A stretch of 64,000 bases of DNA. Source: Yaniella sp. (lineage in GTDB: Bacteria > Actinomycetota > Actinomycetes > Actinomycetales > Micrococcaceae). The position numbers and the translations under genes are program-made. Position 1 is the first letter of the stretch. Each line of letters starts with the position of its first letter. Below, piece after piece: positions 1 to 9,866 of this stretch. The notes below the pieces were generated by a model. The model made no database searches. It worked only from the letters and a program-made list of their open reading frames with translations, and was not told the DNA's origin. The stretch is from the NCBI GenBank assembly GCA_036516155.1, contig DATBUK010000025.1, positions 3,991 to 67,990 of the forward strand, in the 5' to 3' direction.

Positions 1-2
1 TC

Positions 3-1676
3 GCACTGACCGTCGTCTCGGTCGTCCTGCAGGTCTGGGCGCCACTGGTGCTCGGCGAGGCCGTCAACGTGCTCTTCCACCACGAAGGCATCGACTTTGC
101 CCTACTCGGTGAGCTCATCGCCCAGGTGTTGGCGATGTACGTCATCGCGATGGGTCTGATGTGGTGGCAGGGTCGCATCCTAATCATTATCGGCGTCGAA
201 ACCACCTACCTGCTGCGCCAAGACGTCGAACAGAAACTGCACCGGCTCCCGACGAACTGGTTTGACGGCACCCAGCGTGGCGATTTGCTCTCGCGCACAA
301 CCAACGACGTCGACAACATTCAAAACGCCGTCCAGCAGACCGTCTCGTCGCTGCTCAACGGGATCCTGACGATCATTGGCATCACGATCATGATGTTCTC
401 GATCTCCTGGCAGCTGGCGCTGATCGCGCTGATTGCAGTCCCGATCGCGGCCATCGTCGTGGGCATCATCGGCCAGCGCGCCCAGAAACTGTTTTCGGCC
501 CAGTGGGCGAACACCGGAAAGCTCAACGGTCATATCGAAGAGGCCTTCACCGGCCACGACGTCGCGGTGTTATTCAATCGCGCCGAAGCGATGATCGACG
601 AATTCGATGCCCGCAATGATGACGTCTACCAGGCCAGCTATAAGGCCCAGTTTGTGTCGGGCATGATTCACCCGATCATGCAGTGGGTGACGTATCTCGG
701 CTACGTCGGCATTGCGGTAGTCGGTGCGCTGCGCGTGGCCGCCGGCGCGCTGCCGCTGGGATCGGTGACCGCATTCATCCAGTACTCGCGCGAATTCAAC
801 CAGCCGCTGGGACAGCTGGCCGGCCTGGCAAACATGATCATCTCGGCGGTCGCCTCAGCCGAGCGGGTCTTCGAATTCTTAGACGCCGACGAAGAAACCG
901 ACGTCGACACCCCGATGCCCGAAGTGACCGGCGGAGCAGTTGAATTCCGCAACGTGGCCTTCGGCTACGCCGAAGACACACCGCTGATCACCAGCCTGAA
1001 CCTGAGTGTTGAACCTGGCCAACTGGTCGCGATTGTGGGCCCGACCGGGGCGGGCAAAACCACCCTGGTGAACCTGCTGATGCGCTTCTACGACCTCGAC
1101 GCCGGCCAGATTCTGCTCGACGGAACCGACATTTCGACCGTCTCACGCAGTGCGCTGCGTGAACCGATCGGCATGGTGCTCCAAGACGCCGTGCTGTTTT
1201 CGGGCAGCATCAAGCACAACATTGCCTACGGCAACCCCGACGCGACCGACGAACAGATTATCGCCGCCGCCCGGGCCGCCCGCGCCGACCACTTCATCAA
1301 CCAGTTGCCCGACGGGTACGACACGAAGATTAGTCTCGACTCGGATGCGATCTCGGCCGGTGAACGCCAATTATTGACGATCGCCCGGGCGTTTCTGTCC
1401 GATCCGCGACTGCTGATCCTCGACGAAGCGACGTCCTCGGTCGATACCCGCACCGAAGCGCTCATCCAGGAAGCGCTGGCCGTGCTCCAGCAGGGCCGCA
1501 CCTCGTTTGTGATCGCCCACCGGTTGTCCACGATTCGCGCAGCAGATGTCATCGTCGTCATGGACCACGGGGATGTCGTCGAGCAGGGGTCGCACGACCA
1601 GCTGCTGGCGCAGCGTGGAATGTACTATGACCTATACACCGCCCAAACCCAACAGCACATTGAAGGAGGCCGGTGA
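3..1676 (+). CDS. ABC transporter fused permease/ATP-binding protein (multidrug exporter type), 5' end outside window
   Basis: Frame open from position 3 (ALTVVSVVLQVWAPLV...). TM domain followed by Walker A GPTGAGKT, signature-like ISAGERQ, Walker B LLILDE and IAHRLST. Confidence 0.93.
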   Translation, partial: ALTVVSVVLQVWAPLVLGEAVNVLFHHEGIDFALLGELIAQVLAMYVIAMGLMWWQGRILIIIGVETTYLLRQDVEQKLHRLPTNWFDGTQRGDLLSRTTNDVDNIQNAVQQTVSSLLNGILTIIGITIMMFSISWQLALIALIAVPIAAIVVGIIGQRAQKLFSAQWANTGKLNGHIEEAFTGHDVAVLFNRAEAMIDEFDARNDDVYQASYKAQFVSGMIHPIMQWVTYLGYVGIAVVGALRVAAGALPLGSVTAFIQYSREFNQPLGQLAGLANMIISAVASAERVFEFLDADEETDVDTPMPEVTGGAVEFRNVAFGYAEDTPLITSLNLSVEPGQLVAIVGPTGAGKTTLVNLLMRFYDLDAGQILLDGTDISTVSRSALREPIGMVLQDAVLFSGSIKHNIAYGNPDATDEQIIAAARAARADHFINQLPDGYDTKISLDSDAISAGERQLLTIARAFLSDPRLLILDEATSSVDTRTEALIQEALAVLQQGRTSFVIAHRLSTIRAADVIVVMDHGDVVEQGSHDQLLAQRGMYYDLYTAQTQQHIEGGR

Positions 1677-2596
1677 GTTACCCACCCAACAGCCCCGGTA
1701 TGAGCCCGTCGGGCAGCCCAAATCCATATCCGACAGGCTGGCCGAACCAGTATCCGACCGGTTGGCCACAACAGTCCCCGCGCGGCACCAAAGGCCGGCG
1801 TGGACGCAACACCAACGATAAAACTGCCTCCAATCCGGGGCGTCTCCACTGGGGCGATGCGTTCGCCCTGCTGGTCTACATCGGTGGGTTCGTCCTCGGT
1901 GGGCTCATGTTAGTCTTCACCATCCCAGGGGTCACCGAATTTGGGGCGCAACTCTACGGTCACGAACCGATCTCATTCAACGAGATCGTCTCCAGCGGCC
2001 AAATGCCCGGCTGGTTCTTGATGTACTCGAATACGGTGCTCTACGGGATCCTCGGCGTCGTGATGTTGGCGGTCTCCTGGCGACCGCTCATCCAGTCGTT
2101 TCGGTGGTTCGCGACCTGGTGGTGGGTCAAGCTGTTGCTGCTGCCCGTCATCTGGTTCGCCACTCTGATGCTCACGTCGGCGCTGCTGGTGATCTCCGGT
2201 CAAGAGGCCGAGATTTCGGCGAACCAAGAGGTCGTGCAAGAAGCCGCCGGTGAATCGTCGCTGCTGATCTCAATCCTGATCCTCGGACTGGTCGGCCCGT
2301 TCGTCGAAGAGTACATCTTCCGCCACATCCTCATCGGCAAACTGGGACGCTGGATTCCCACGTGGGTCACCGTCCCGATCTCGATCATTGCGTTTACGCT
2401 GTTGCACTTCATGAGCGACCCGAACATCTCGTTTGCAAGTGCGTTGCCCTACCTGTCGATGGCGATCGCCTTCACCGCGGTCTACCTGCTGTCGAAGAAA
2501 TCCTTCGCCTACGCCTGGCTGTCGCACGCGTTTAATAATGTGATGTCGGTGCTGTTGCTGGAACTGCAATCTGTGGAAGCCGCCGTCATCCTCTAA
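1673..2596 (+). CDS. CPBP (CAAX protease/Abi) family intramembrane metalloprotease
   Basis: Motifs EEYIFR, FTLLH and SHAFNN; multiple TM helices; GTGA overlap with the upstream stop. Confidence 0.88.
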   Translation: MSYPPNSPGMSPSGSPNPYPTGWPNQYPTGWPQQSPRGTKGRRGRNTNDKTASNPGRLHWGDAFALLVYIGGFVLGGLMLVFTIPGVTEFGAQLYGHEPISFNEIVSSGQMPGWFLMYSNTVLYGILGVVMLAVSWRPLIQSFRWFATWWWVKLLLLPVIWFATLMLTSALLVISGQEAEISANQEVVQEAAGESSLLISILILGLVGPFVEEYIFRHILIGKLGRWIPTWVTVPISIIAFTLLHFMSDPNISFASALPYLSMAIAFTAVYLLSKKSFAYAWLSHAFNNVMSVLLLELQSVEAAVIL

Positions 2597-2597
2597 C

Positions 2598-3929
2598 ATG
2601 CCCACTTCGTCTCCGCGGTCGCTGTCACGCCAAATCTTGGGGCTGGCCGTCCCGGCCTTTGGCGCGCTCATCGCCGAACCACTGTTTTTGCTCGCCGATA
2701 CCGCCATGATTGGACGGCTCGGCGCTCCCGAACTCGCCGGCGTCGGCCTGGCAGCAGCGATCGTCCAGACGGTCACCGGACTGTTGATCTTCCTAGCCTA
2801 CTCGACCACCCCGGCCGTCGCACGCTTCCTCGGCGCCGGACAACTCGACAACGCACTGGCCCGCGGCCGCGACGGGATCTGGTTGGGACTCGGCTTGGGC
2901 GTGGTCATCGGGCTGACCGGCTGGTTTGCCGCCCCGCTGCTGGGCCACGTCGCAACCGACGACGCGGCCCCGCACGCGATCGATTACTTCCAATACTCGA
3001 TGCTCGGGCTGCCCGGGATGCTGGCCGTCCTGGCCGCAACCGGGGTCCTGCGCGGCCTGCAAGACGCGACCACCCCGCTCATTGTTGCCGGGGGCGGTTT
3101 CGGGCTGAACATCCTGGGCAACTACGTCCTCATTTACGTCCTGGAGCTCGGGGTCGTCGGTTCGGCCCTGGGGACCTCGGCCATCCAGTGGCTGATGTTC
3201 GCCGTGTACGCGCTGATTTTGATCCCGCGTATGCGTCACCACGAAGTCGGTTTCGCGCCAACGGCCGCCGGCCTGCGTGCAACCGCCCAGGTTGGTTCTT
3301 GGCTGCTGGTCCGGTCGGCCTCGCTGCGCGTTGCGGTGCTAGCGACCGTGCTGACCGCGACCGCACTGGGTACCGAAGTCCTGGCCGCCCACCAGATCGT
3401 CTTCAACGTCTATTCGACGATGGCCTTTGCCCTCGATGCGCTCGCAATCGCCGCCCAGGCTCTCATCGGTAAGGAACTCGGTGCCTCAAACGTCGCCACG
3501 GTCCGGGCCCTGACCTCGACCATGATCCGCTGGTCCTTCGGCTTCGGGGCAATCACCGGCGTCCTGTTGGGCGTCTCTGCCCCGTGGTTGCCGCATATTT
3601 TTACGACGGACCCTGCCGTCATCGAAGCCACGACCGCGGGACTGATCGTGTTGGCCGTGTCGCAACCGCTTTCGGGGTACGTATTCGTACTCGACGGGAT
3701 TCTTATGGGTGCCGGCGACGCGAAGTACCTGGGCCTGGTCGGGATTGCCAACATCATCGTCTATCTGCCCGCACTCTACGGTCTGGCCCACCTGGCCGCT
3801 GCGGCAACCCACGTCGGCGCCGTCGCCTGGGTGTGGGTCGGGTTTGCGGGCGTGTACCTGGCCGCCCGCGCCGTGGGTCTATGGTTGCGGATTCGTCGGG
3901 ACACCTGGATGCGCCTCGGGGCGCACTGA
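2598..3929 (+). CDS. MATE family efflux transporter (DinF-like)
   Basis: LAVPAFGALIAEPLFLLADTAMIGRLG and LRGLQDATTP motifs; about 12 hydrophobic segments. Confidence 0.92.
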   Translation: MPTSSPRSLSRQILGLAVPAFGALIAEPLFLLADTAMIGRLGAPELAGVGLAAAIVQTVTGLLIFLAYSTTPAVARFLGAGQLDNALARGRDGIWLGLGLGVVIGLTGWFAAPLLGHVATDDAAPHAIDYFQYSMLGLPGMLAVLAATGVLRGLQDATTPLIVAGGGFGLNILGNYVLIYVLELGVVGSALGTSAIQWLMFAVYALILIPRMRHHEVGFAPTAAGLRATAQVGSWLLVRSASLRVAVLATVLTATALGTEVLAAHQIVFNVYSTMAFALDALAIAAQALIGKELGASNVATVRALTSTMIRWSFGFGAITGVLLGVSAPWLPHIFTTDPAVIEATTAGLIVLAVSQPLSGYVFVLDGILMGAGDAKYLGLVGIANIIVYLPALYGLAHLAAAATHVGAVAWVWVGFAGVYLAARAVGLWLRIRRDTWMRLGAH

Positions 3930-3942
3930 TGCCCACAGCCGG

Positions 3943-3948
3943 TACAAT
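3943..3948 (+). promoter_or_regulatory. -10 element TACAAT, probable (near-)leaderless promoter
   Basis: TACAAT ends 9 nt before ATG 3958; no clear Shine-Dalgarno. Confidence 0.4.
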
Positions 3949-3957
3949 GGAACAGCC

Positions 3958-4548
3958 ATGAACCACACAATAGATCCCGATACCACCGCCGTGATGTATA
4001 AACCGGTGCTCATCCGCGCCGGTATAGCGTTGATCTTTGGTATCGCCACATTTTTCATTCAAGACCCCACCGACGCCGTCGTGAACTACGGCACCGCGAT
4101 CTTCTTGCTGTTCTCGGGCTCGGCGATGTGGGAGTATCTGCGTCGCGACCCGGTCCCCGAGAAGATGCGCTCCCCGCTGTCGATGATCGCCGCGATCTGG
4201 ATGCTGGCCGCCCTGACCCTCGTCGGGATCCAACTGGGCGGATTATCCGGCACCTTCACCTGGATCACGATCGCCGCCGGGCTGGGTCTGTCCGGGATCG
4301 CCGAACTGTGGGCGTTCACGTGGCGCAAGACGTTCGCACCGGCTCGCGATCACCTCATCGCCGGGATCGCCGCCATTGTCGTGACCGTGCTGTTCATTGT
4401 GATGGAGATGGATTACCACCGGATCTTCGGTATCACCGGAACCTATGCGCTGATCGTCGGCGTGCTCTTTGGCATCAGCGGGACCGGTTACTGGCTCGAT
4501 ACCCGCAAAGCCGTTAAAGAAGACGGTTACGATCCACCCAGGCCGTAA
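3958..4548 (+). CDS. Integral membrane protein (HdeD/DUF308-like)
   Basis: About six TM helices; VLIRAGIALIFG N-terminal pattern; ATG 3958 chosen because the longer ORF overlaps the MATE gene. Confidence 0.65.
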   Translation: MNHTIDPDTTAVMYKPVLIRAGIALIFGIATFFIQDPTDAVVNYGTAIFLLFSGSAMWEYLRRDPVPEKMRSPLSMIAAIWMLAALTLVGIQLGGLSGTFTWITIAAGLGLSGIAELWAFTWRKTFAPARDHLIAGIAAIVVTVLFIVMEMDYHRIFGITGTYALIVGVLFGISGTGYWLDTRKAVKEDGYDPPRP

Positions 4549-4669
4549 CTGTGCCCTCGCAGTGCGGCAGAATTTCGCCCAGAGCCGGTAGTTCTACGTT
4601 GCGTAAAACACCGACTAGACTGGAGCCGATCGAATTTTCAAAGGAGCAAATCCGGTAGCCGGAACTATT

Positions 4670-5089
4670 ATGTCAGAGTCACCTAAGAAACCGCGCGGGG
4701 GATTCAAGGGCGGTATCAAAGTCCCACTGATCTTCTCCTTCGTCGTCGGCATCATCGCATTCGTGGTTGCTACGATGACGGCCACCGGCGGGCTGAACAA
4801 CCCGAACCACCCCCTCCGTCTTGATATCGGTCTGATTGCTTTCGGTATCGCCTTCGCCGCGACTCTGGTCGTCGTTGCGCTATTGCAGCTGACCGGTCGC
4901 GAAAACCCCGACCACATTTCTGAAGGGTCGGGTATTAACCGCTCCTCCGAAGAGCTCCACCGAGCCGCCGTGGCCCGCGCCCGGGAACGGATGCGCCGCG
5001 AACGCGAACAAGCCCAAGCACAGGGTACCGACGGGACCGGCTCGACCGCCTCCGACGACCCCAATCCCAGCGACGACCCAACCCGCTAA
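4670..5089 (+). CDS. Hypothetical two-TM membrane protein
   Basis: Basic N-terminus, two hydrophobic helices, charged C-terminal tail. Confidence 0.7.
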   Translation: MSESPKKPRGGFKGGIKVPLIFSFVVGIIAFVVATMTATGGLNNPNHPLRLDIGLIAFGIAFAATLVVVALLQLTGRENPDHISEGSGINRSSEELHRAAVARARERMRREREQAQAQGTDGTGSTASDDPNPSDDPTR

Positions 5090-5143
5090 CATGCAAGATC
5101 GGGGGAGGAGTCATCGTGTACCAGCCGCCACACCCCCGCCATC

Positions 5144-6199
5144 GTGGTCGATCAGACCATCCTCGACGCCAATATTTCCGCCATGGCCGACTTCGCGGCC
5201 ACCCAGCGCCTTGCCCTGCGGCCCCACGCGAAAACCCATAAGATCGCCGCGATTGCCCAGAAACAACTGGCTGCTGGAGCACACGGGCTATCTGTGGCTA
5301 CCCTGGGCGAAGCTCAATACTTTTTCGACGCCGGCATCACCGACATTTTCATCGCCTACCCCATCTGGCCTCACCGCAATGAAGCCGCCCTGCTGACGAG
5401 CCTTGCCGAACGCGGGGCCTTGGCGGTCGGGACCGATTCGGTCGACGCCGTCCACCACCTGGCAGATCTCACCGAGGAAGATCCCGGGGTGGCAGTGCTC
5501 ATTGAACTGAATTCGGGACACCACCGGTCCGGGGTCTTTCCTGACCAAGTCGTCCCTATCGCCCAAGCTATCCGCCAGCGCAACATGACCCTGCGCGGTG
5601 TTTTTACGTTCCCAGGCCACAGCTACGCACCCGGCGCCCACGCGACTGCCGCGGACAATGAAGCCCGAACACTGCGTGCAGCCCAACGAATACTCCACGA
5701 GGCAGGCTTCCCTCTTGAGGTGCTGTCAGGTGGTTCACCGCCAACTGCGACCGCGACCCCAGCAGACGGTACGACGGAAATTCGGCCCGGGGTCTATGTG
5801 TTCGGTGATGCCCAGCAGCTTGAACTTGGTCGAATTGGGTGGGAGGACATCGCCTTACACGTGGTCGCGACCGTGGTGGCCCAGCATCCAGCACACGGGA
5901 CCGCACCGGCCAGGATTATTGTCGATGCGGGTTCGAAGATTCTGGCGGTAGATAGAGCACCGTGGGCAACTGGGCGCGGTCGCGTCATGGGTCACCCCGA
6001 CGCTCGAATCACGGCGTTATCAGAACATCACGGCACCATCATCTGGGACAGCGACGACCTACCGGCCATGGGCACGCAGCTCCGTTTGGTACCGAACCAT
6101 GTGTGCGTCGCGGTGAACCTTGTGGATGAGGTGTACGTCGTCGAAAATGATCAGCTCGTGGCGACCTGGCAGGTCGGAGCACGCGGGATGAACGCCTAA
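5144..6199 (+). CDS. D-TA/DSD1 family PLP-dependent enzyme (alanine-racemase fold; D-threonine aldolase/D-serine dehydratase-like)
   Basis: RPHAKTHK PLP lysine, EIRPGVYVFGD, LSEHHG, PNHVC. True start may be GTG 5116 across a 1-nt indel. Confidence 0.85.
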   Translation: MVDQTILDANISAMADFAATQRLALRPHAKTHKIAAIAQKQLAAGAHGLSVATLGEAQYFFDAGITDIFIAYPIWPHRNEAALLTSLAERGALAVGTDSVDAVHHLADLTEEDPGVAVLIELNSGHHRSGVFPDQVVPIAQAIRQRNMTLRGVFTFPGHSYAPGAHATAADNEARTLRAAQRILHEAGFPLEVLSGGSPPTATATPADGTTEIRPGVYVFGDAQQLELGRIGWEDIALHVVATVVAQHPAHGTAPARIIVDAGSKILAVDRAPWATGRGRVMGHPDARITALSEHHGTIIWDSDDLPAMGTQLRLVPNHVCVAVNLVDEVYVVENDQLVATWQVGARGMNA

Positions 6200-6219
6200 C
6201 TCGAGCATCGGCCCTGGGT

Positions 6220-7404
6220 TTATGCTGCCCGACGTGCGGTTCGACCGTGTAGGAACCAATAGACCACGACGCTGAGGAACACGACGGCAGAACCCATCAA
6301 GAACATTTCCTCGTAGCCGACGAGTTGTACGACCACACCCAGCACGACCGGCCCGGTGGCAATCCCGGTGTCGAGGGCCAGATAGTGGGTCGAAGTCGCC
6401 ACGGCTATTCGATCTCGTGTCGTGCGACTGACACCGACGGCTTGCAGGCTTGGAATCGCTGCGCCATGGCCAAGGCCGCACAGGATGGCTGCGACGATAA
6501 ACTGCCACAGGCTGTCTGCGACTGCAAGCACCACAAGTCCTGTTGCGAGCGCGATGAGGGCCGCCGGAATGACTGCGTTTTCGCCGTACCGGTCATGGGC
6601 CCGCCCCGCGAAGAGACGTACCGCAAGCATTGCAGCCGCCCAGACTAGAAAGAACAGTGATGCTGCATCGGCAAGGTTGAGGCCGACCATGTACGGGGTC
6701 AGGTAGGTCATGACCAGGGCGAACCCGGTTGAGGCCAGAAGCGCGACGATGGCGACCGGTAGGGCGCGGGCGTCGAGGAGGTCTCCGGGGCGTAGACGCC
6801 ATTTTCGGGCATGTTCTGCTGCGGACGGCTCTCGTTCTCGCACGCGCATCAACACCACCATCACCAGCGCAATGAGGGCGCACACTGCGGTAAAAATAAA
6901 CACCCAGAGACCAGAGGTGTGTTGGTTAAGTTGAATGGCTGCGAGCGGGCCGATCGCGTTCGACATCGTACCCGCCAGCGCAACGTATCCGAGGCCTTCA
7001 CTGAGCCGTCCCACCGGGATGATTGAAATAACCGCCGTGGCGATCGTGGTGGAACTGATGCCAAAACCGCTGCCCTGGACGATGCGAACAAGGATGAGCA
7101 GCCCGTAGTGGTCAATGAACGGGTAGATCAGCGAACACACCAGTGACAGTGCCAGCGCGATCAGCAGGGACCGTTTTCGTCCGACGAAGTCGAGGTATTT
7201 TCCAGTCAGCAACCGTCCGAGTCCGGCACCCAGCACAAACGAACTGGCGGCAAAACCGGCGGCAGCATTATTGACGTGAAAGCGCTCCACGGCATACAGC
7301 GCCATGTAGGCCATCAGGGTAAAGTAGATGAGCTGGGCCCCGACCAGCGTGGTGATCGCAAGGATAAAATCCCTGGTCCATAATCGCTGGTTGAACGACG
7401 ACAT
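6220..7404 (-). CDS. MFS transporter
   Basis: About 12 TM helices, motif A GKYLDFVGRKR, LWTRDF N-terminus. Confidence 0.9.
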   Translation of the reverse strand: MSSFNQRLWTRDFILAITTLVGAQLIYFTLMAYMALYAVERFHVNNAAAGFAASSFVLGAGLGRLLTGKYLDFVGRKRSLLIALALSLVCSLIYPFIDHYGLLILVRIVQGSGFGISSTTIATAVISIIPVGRLSEGLGYVALAGTMSNAIGPLAAIQLNQHTSGLWVFIFTAVCALIALVMVVLMRVREREPSAAEHARKWRLRPGDLLDARALPVAIVALLASTGFALVMTYLTPYMVGLNLADAASLFFLVWAAAMLAVRLFAGRAHDRYGENAVIPAALIALATGLVVLAVADSLWQFIVAAILCGLGHGAAIPSLQAVGVSRTTRDRIAVATSTHYLALDTGIATGPVVLGVVVQLVGYEEMFLMGSAVVFLSVVVYWFLHGRTARRAA

Positions 7405-7660
7405 TGCTCAACCCCGATCATCACTATGCACAAATTCTTGCGGTGCAACTGGCAGTGCACAACACTTTTATCCTAGATGCGGCGAGGTTTCATACCGGGT
7501 AGGTTACGGTGTGGGGAGGCCACCTGCCGCTGCGACGGGGATGTATCGCTAGCGTTGCATAGACATGCCACGGCGTTGGTGTTTAGACTCGACCACAGTA
7601 CGTTCTCATCACCACATCGCGAAGAGTTGGAAGCGTTTCTCAACCCTGAGCGAGGACGAT

Positions 7661-8836
7661 ATGCGAGCAGTAACTTGGCAAGGTCGACGTCACGTATCCG
7701 TCGAAGAAGTGCCCGATCCGAAAATCGAAAAACCGACCGACGCGATCATCCGCGTTACTTCTACAGCAATTTGCGGATCTGATCTGCACCTCTATGAAGT
7801 TCTGACGCCGTTTATGGAAGAAGGCGACATCATCGGGCATGAGCCCATGGGAATCGTCGAAGAAGTCGGCGCGGGTGTCACCAATCTCAAACCCGGTGAC
7901 CGCGTGGTGATTCCTTTTAATGTCTCGTGCGGACACTGTTACTACTGCCAGCGCGGTCTGCAATCGCAGTGTGAAACTACTCAGGTCACCGAATACGGGA
8001 CGGGAGCCACGCTGCTGGGCTATTCGAAACTTTACGGCCAGCTTGCCGGCGGCCAAGCAGAATATCTGCGTGTACCCCACGCTGACTATGGGCCCATCAA
8101 AGTGGGCACCGAACTTTCGGATGAGCACTACTTGTTCCTGTCCGATATTTTGCCCACTGCTTGGCAGGCCGTGAAGTACGCGCACATGCCGGAAGAAGGC
8201 GTGTTGGCTGTCGTCGGGTTGGGACCGGTCGGTCAATTTTCCGCCCGGATTGGTAAGCAACTGGGCTATGATGTCGTCGCGGTCGATCCGGTGCTCGAGC
8301 GTCGCGAAATGGCGGCTAGACACGGTATCCCGGCAGCGGCCCAGCACGACGAAGCCAGGGAACTGGTTAACCAGCGGACCAGTGGTCGGGGCGCAGACGG
8401 TGTCGTTGATGCGGTGGGGATGGAAGCCCACGGCAACCACGTGATCGCGGCCATGCAACGAGCGACCGGACTGCTGCCAGACAAACTGGGCCAGAAAGCA
8501 CTAGAGAACGTCGGTATTGACCGCACCGCCGCATTGACCTCGTCCATCGAGCTTGCGGGCCGTGGCGGGGTGGTCTCGCTCAGCGGAGTCTATGGGGGCG
8601 CTGCGACACCGATCCCGATGCTCTCAATCTTCGATAAGCAGCTGACCATTACCGCAGGGCAGTGCAATGTGCGCCACTGGGATCAAGACCTCATTCCTTA
8701 CGTTGAAGATTCCTCGGATCCTTTGGGCGTGACAGATCTGGTTACCCACCGACTGCCACTCGATAAAGCCCCTGAAGCCTATGACATGTTTCAGAAGAAA
8801 GACGATGGCTGCATCAAAGTGGTACTGCAACCATAA
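7661..8836 (+). CDS. Zinc-dependent alcohol dehydrogenase (formaldehyde dehydrogenase-like MDR)
   Basis: ICGSDLH, GHEPMG, structural Zn motif CGHCYYC...C, GLGPVG; RBS GAGGA before ATG 7661. Confidence 0.92.
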   Translation: MRAVTWQGRRHVSVEEVPDPKIEKPTDAIIRVTSTAICGSDLHLYEVLTPFMEEGDIIGHEPMGIVEEVGAGVTNLKPGDRVVIPFNVSCGHCYYCQRGLQSQCETTQVTEYGTGATLLGYSKLYGQLAGGQAEYLRVPHADYGPIKVGTELSDEHYLFLSDILPTAWQAVKYAHMPEEGVLAVVGLGPVGQFSARIGKQLGYDVVAVDPVLERREMAARHGIPAAAQHDEARELVNQRTSGRGADGVVDAVGMEAHGNHVIAAMQRATGLLPDKLGQKALENVGIDRTAALTSSIELAGRGGVVSLSGVYGGAATPIPMLSIFDKQLTITAGQCNVRHWDQDLIPYVEDSSDPLGVTDLVTHRLPLDKAPEAYDMFQKKDDGCIKVVLQP

Positions 8837-8943
8837 CGGCCATTGTTATCTCACTTTTTGAGCGGATTCCCAGCTCGCTGATGGCGTGATTGCGCGATGG
8901 AGCGCAACCTCAGGCACCCATCCCAATTACTATGGGAAGGAAT

Positions 8944-9735
8944 ATGGCAAAAGAATCAGGTCTTCAAGTTAACTGGGTCGGAGCGGTCGGCTCCGGGCTC
9001 GGGTCAGTGACTTCGGCTGTCTTGTTATCGACCACCGGCGCAGCTGGTACCTGGATTGGTGCGGGCATTGGTACGTTCATCATTACGGTGGGCGGCGCGA
9101 TCTACGCCTACTACCTCCAGCGTGCCAAAACCGGTATCGAAAAGACTGCCGATAAGCTCAAAACCGGCGTCCAATCGAAACGACCGCAAAACATCACATC
9201 GATTACCGCCGAACGCGACCCGAACGAACCCACAGCTTCGAAGATGTCCATTGCGACAAGTGAAGAGACCGGAGAGACCGGCAGCCGGGCGGCTGGGCAG
9301 AAGGCCAAGCCGACGTTCAAAGAAGCGTTGAAAAATATCCGTTGGAAACGCGTCGCCGGGCTGGGCGTCTTGCTCTTCGCGATCACGATGGCGATCATTT
9401 TCATCTTCGAGTTGGCAACCGGCCGCCCAGTATCCTCATATACCGGCGGGACCAGTCCAGAAAGTACCGGCACGTCGATTACCGGGGTGCAGGATCCAGC
9501 GCGAGACGGACCTGCTGGGACGCCGCAAGAACACGAAGACTCTGAAGAACAACTCGACAGCCCCGAGCAAGAGCAGGTTCCACTTGAAGAAGTTGAACCG
9601 GAACAAGCCCCTGGGCGCCCGGAGGACGACGTTGCCCCGGTAGAACCGGAACCTGAACAGGTTCCGGAAGTCGAGGCACCGCAGCCGGAACAACAACAGC
9701 AGCCCCAGGACGAACCTGTGGAAGCTCCCCAGTAA
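8944..9735 (+). CDS. Hypothetical membrane protein with Glu/Pro/Gln-rich C-terminal tail
   Basis: Two Gly-rich N-terminal TM segments, a third TM, then an acidic low-complexity tail; RBS GGAAGG. Confidence 0.72.
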   Translation: MAKESGLQVNWVGAVGSGLGSVTSAVLLSTTGAAGTWIGAGIGTFIITVGGAIYAYYLQRAKTGIEKTADKLKTGVQSKRPQNITSITAERDPNEPTASKMSIATSEETGETGSRAAGQKAKPTFKEALKNIRWKRVAGLGVLLFAITMAIIFIFELATGRPVSSYTGGTSPESTGTSITGVQDPARDGPAGTPQEHEDSEEQLDSPEQEQVPLEEVEPEQAPGRPEDDVAPVEPEPEQVPEVEAPQPEQQQQPQDEPVEAPQ

Positions 9736-9754
9736 CTGTTCGGAATTTTTAGGG

Positions 9755-9792
9755 TACCCCGGCAGCGTCTTTGCGCTGCCGGGGTATTGTTT
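9755..9792 (+). terminator. Intrinsic terminator
   Basis: 13-bp stem TACCCCGGCAGCG/CGCTGCCGGGGTA followed by TTGTTT. Confidence 0.75.
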
Positions 9793-9866
9793 CTCACCGG
9801 CACAACGTGTTTTTATGGGAACATCTCATCGCCGCTTGAAGCTCAAAATAAACCCAGGAGTATTTC

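Noticed and set aside
1-5100. Apparently higher GC in the first 5 kb as an island boundary
   Set aside because: Visual impression only, with no att site, tRNA or mobility gene; it needs a sliding-window GC/codon computation.
9111-9803. Cys/Ser/Gly-rich antisense ORF
   Set aside because: It is the mirror of the Glu/Pro/Gln-rich tail on the plus strand.
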